This document shows, piece after piece, positions 61,637 through 64,000 of a stretch of 64,000 nucleotides of DNA. Source of the stretch: Nemertoderma westbladi (taxonomy: Eukaryota > Animalia > Xenacoelomorpha); the NCBI GenBank assembly GCA_032718475.1, contig JAUCBJ010006043.1, positions 1,759 through 65,758 of the forward strand, written 5' to 3'. The notes beneath the pieces were generated by a model. The model was given only the letters and a program-made list of their open reading frames with translations. It did not search any database and had not been told where the DNA came from. Numbering within the stretch: position 1 is the first letter of the stretch; each line of letters starts with the position of its first letter. The translations under genes and the position numbers were made by a program.

Positions 61637-62865
61637 TGTTCGCGCTTTCGAAGACCTTTAGCAGTTTAACCTGCCAAAATTTATATGTCTTTTAGTTAAT
61701 TAAAACCACTTTAGCATACGACAATAATTTATGCTAATACGCAAAACATTAGCCGAAGTCAGCCCATGCGCGATCATTCACCCGATGGATCTACACCCGG
61801 GAGACTGAATTCGGATGCTTGAATTGTATTATTACAGTGTAAGGTTGCAGTGTATACCTAATGTATTATTCGATAGATAGTTAATGATTAATCTCTGACA
61901 GGTATTATTGGCTTTCGGGAAATATTAACAGTTCCTTTAGGACGTGGCGCTTTATCTATTTAAACAGAACTAGGACTTATACTAAACGCAACGATACTGC
62001 TTGGGATTGAAGTATAAAGCGTATTCTTTAGGAAATACTTTGTTACCAATCACAATCATACACACTATTCTGCCGACAGTCAGTACATTTGATCACACAT
62101 AAAGAGAGCAGTAATTGACTCACGTAGGGTCTGCTAAATAACATTGGATTCAATACACACCACATTAATATAAATCGCAATTGTTATATATAGCCGGTCT
62201 CTCTAACCTGTAGTGTTATCAAGAAAATTGGGAATTGGGTGATTTATCCGTATTATCCAAATAGCAATATTTCCATCAACAAATATTTACAATTAATAAC
62301 TGACGGTAAAATAACAGTACAAACAATATGATTAATGAGTTAGGTGATATTCGATTCGTGAGATTAGGTAACAGTTTATACTTTCGATAATTCAAGCAGT
62401 TTACGGTACAGCAGTATCTATCCAAAATGCCGGTGTTTCTGGCTTAGACAGCAATAACAACAAAGTATCAAGAAAAAACAGTAAGACTGAACACTCTCCT
62501 TATGATCGGCAGAAAAGCTACACGTCGACAGGAAAAACCGCCCTGATTGGCCCAAGCCAAACAAAGAACCACGCGGCCAATGGCTGTTTCCATGTCAGCA
62601 ACCAGCTGCTAGATGTCGTAATATGAATCATCACGGCTAAACTGTGAAAGGTGGTTGATGCATTACAAGTTTTTTGTCTTACCATGTCCGCTAAAACACG
62701 TATATAGCAGAATGATTTTTATGTCCGTTAAAACACCTGTAAAGGTACCTTGCGGGCGAGGGGAATATATATACAGTTAGAAAACCTTTTTTAGAGTATT
62801 CCAGCGCCTGGGGGGAACTGGCCAGCATAGGCAAACGTATCAGTTATCCCACAAAAGCTTTTACA
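61637..62865 (-). repeat. 3' LTR of E4, a diverged relative of E3
   Basis: Same termini (TGTTCGCG...AAAAGCTTTTACA on plus) and same PPT; clearly alignable to the E3 LTR over the first ~750 bp. Confidence 0.85.
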
Positions 62866-62943
62866 CCGCTCCCAGAAAATGGGATTTAAGTCTATAAAAT
62901 ATACAAAATCACAGTTTCTAAAATACAAAAATACTCTAAACAG

Positions 62944-64000
62944 TTAGTCTTTCTTGCGCGGACGGCGTTTACGCAGTTTTTTGAAGCTAGCAAGAGTCCT
63001 TTTCTCTTTGGGGCGAGCCACTTTACTAGGAGGGCTATAACTCCTGGGTGAAGGGTGCAATATGATTGCATCAGAAGGTATGGGATTGCGATCGGTATAT
63101 CCGCCGGTCGAAGTACCGGGTTGATGGACATCAACGTCCGGGGAGAGGGGTCTAACGGCTTTGAGAGCTCGTTTCAAGACAGCCGCTCTTACGGGTCCTT
63201 TACGAGTGGTCTGAACGAGGGCCGTGGGTGGACCATAGGCAGTTAGAAACTTCCTTGGTTTAATGGTTCTTTCTAACTCGCGTTCGCGGGCTCGATACTC
63301 GTAAGGCCGTCGATATACCTCTTGTAACTCAGGGTGTGAGTTGACGAATAAGTCTCCATAGGCAGGGTCTTGACGGATAAAGTTTATTAAGTTGTAAGAC
63401 TGGATGTCACTCGGATTAATGCTCCTGAGAAATTTACGCACATATTTGGTTGAAATACATTCTCCAACGCGCTTCAATAGTTCATAACTTGATAGGCGCG
63501 ATTTCTGCTCGACGGAGGCAAACAAATATGGATGGAACGCATAAACTCCTTCATAGGCGCGTCCGGGATAATAGCGATGGCGTGAGTCACAATGTAAATC
63601 AGCGTTCGCTTCCCAAGCTCTTATATAACGTAGTACAATCATTTCATCTACGCTCTCTAAATCATGGTTAAAGGGACAATCAAAGCTGGCGTGTCCTTTT
63701 AATTGACAATGATGGCATTGAGTCATAAATTGGGGGCAGACGGCAAAAATGTGCAAATTATTAAGCCGACAATATGCACAATAGATTTCCATCGACGGTT
63801 GCTCGTGGAAATAAGAACAAAGATCGTTGGTGTCCATAGACGTAATAAGGGTGATCTTTAATTCCATAAAAAGAGTTCTGTAAAGGTCTAGCGCGTATGT
63901 TGACATCGTGTACCATACGACGGACAAGATCCGCTCGATTGTCCGGAGGTTCAACGAGTATACCGTCAACTCGAGCGGCCTCGATTGGCGGACGCTGTAA
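62944..64000 (-). CDS. E4 accessory ORF with tandem zinc knuckles (runs off the window; probable frameshift near 63800)
   Basis: CAYCRLNNLHIFAVCPQFMTQCHHCQLKGHASFDC; WEANADLH resembles E1 FETYANSH; basic C-terminal tail. Confidence 0.7.
   Translation of the reverse strand, partial: YSVRQSRPLELTVYSLNLRTIERILSVVWYTMSTYALDLYRTLFMELKITLITSMDTNDLCSYFHEQPSMEIYCAYCRLNNLHIFAVCPQFMTQCHHCQLKGHASFDCPFNHDLESVDEMIVLRYIRAWEANADLHCDSRHRYYPGRAYEGVYAFHPYLFASVEQKSRLSSYELLKRVGECISTKYVRKFLRSINPSDIQSYNLINFIRQDPAYGDLFVNSHPELQEVYRRPYEYRARERELERTIKPRKFLTAYGPPTALVQTTRKGPVRAAVLKRALKAVRPLSPDVDVHQPGTSTGGYTDRNPIPSDAIILHPSPRSYSPPSKVARPKEKRTLASFKKLRKRRPRKKD

Noticed and set aside
63870-63910. YALDLY as an ExoIII motif in the E4 ORF
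   Set aside because: Similarity to E3 lies in a different frame here, so this peptide is probably out of frame.

Overview
Eukaryotic (probably invertebrate) heterochromatin-like window made almost entirely of nested transposable elements; no host gene is recognisable. It holds hAT-type MITEs, a 52-bp satellite, two LINE families and at least six BEL/Pao LTR retrotransposon copies or remnants. Boundaries could be read directly for E1 (9755-17599, minus, 5'-truncated), E2 (30105-49191, plus, 529-bp LTRs, TSD AACAA), a canonical tRNA-Lys-primed BEL nested in E2 (35768-42397, TSD ATCCC), E3 (50196-61335, minus, ~1.15-kb LTRs, TSD GAACT) and E4 (61637 to window end, minus). E1-E4 stand out. Each carries an extra sense-strand ORF between pol and the 3' LTR, and in E1, E2 and E4 this ORF shares a tandem CCHC-knuckle signature. 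In E1 it is an intact 866-aa protein with an N-terminal DEDDy (WRN/EXD2/Mut-7-like) 3'-5' exonuclease-like domain. E2 and E3, the two copies with a visible 5' LTR, lack a tRNA primer-binding site. Instead, the bases right after the LTR are complementary to a site inside their own LTR, which suggests tRNA-independent self-priming. Structured repeat arrays lie upstream of the accessory ORFs and inside the E1 LTR. Domain calls come from motif recognition by eye and need profile/structure searches.
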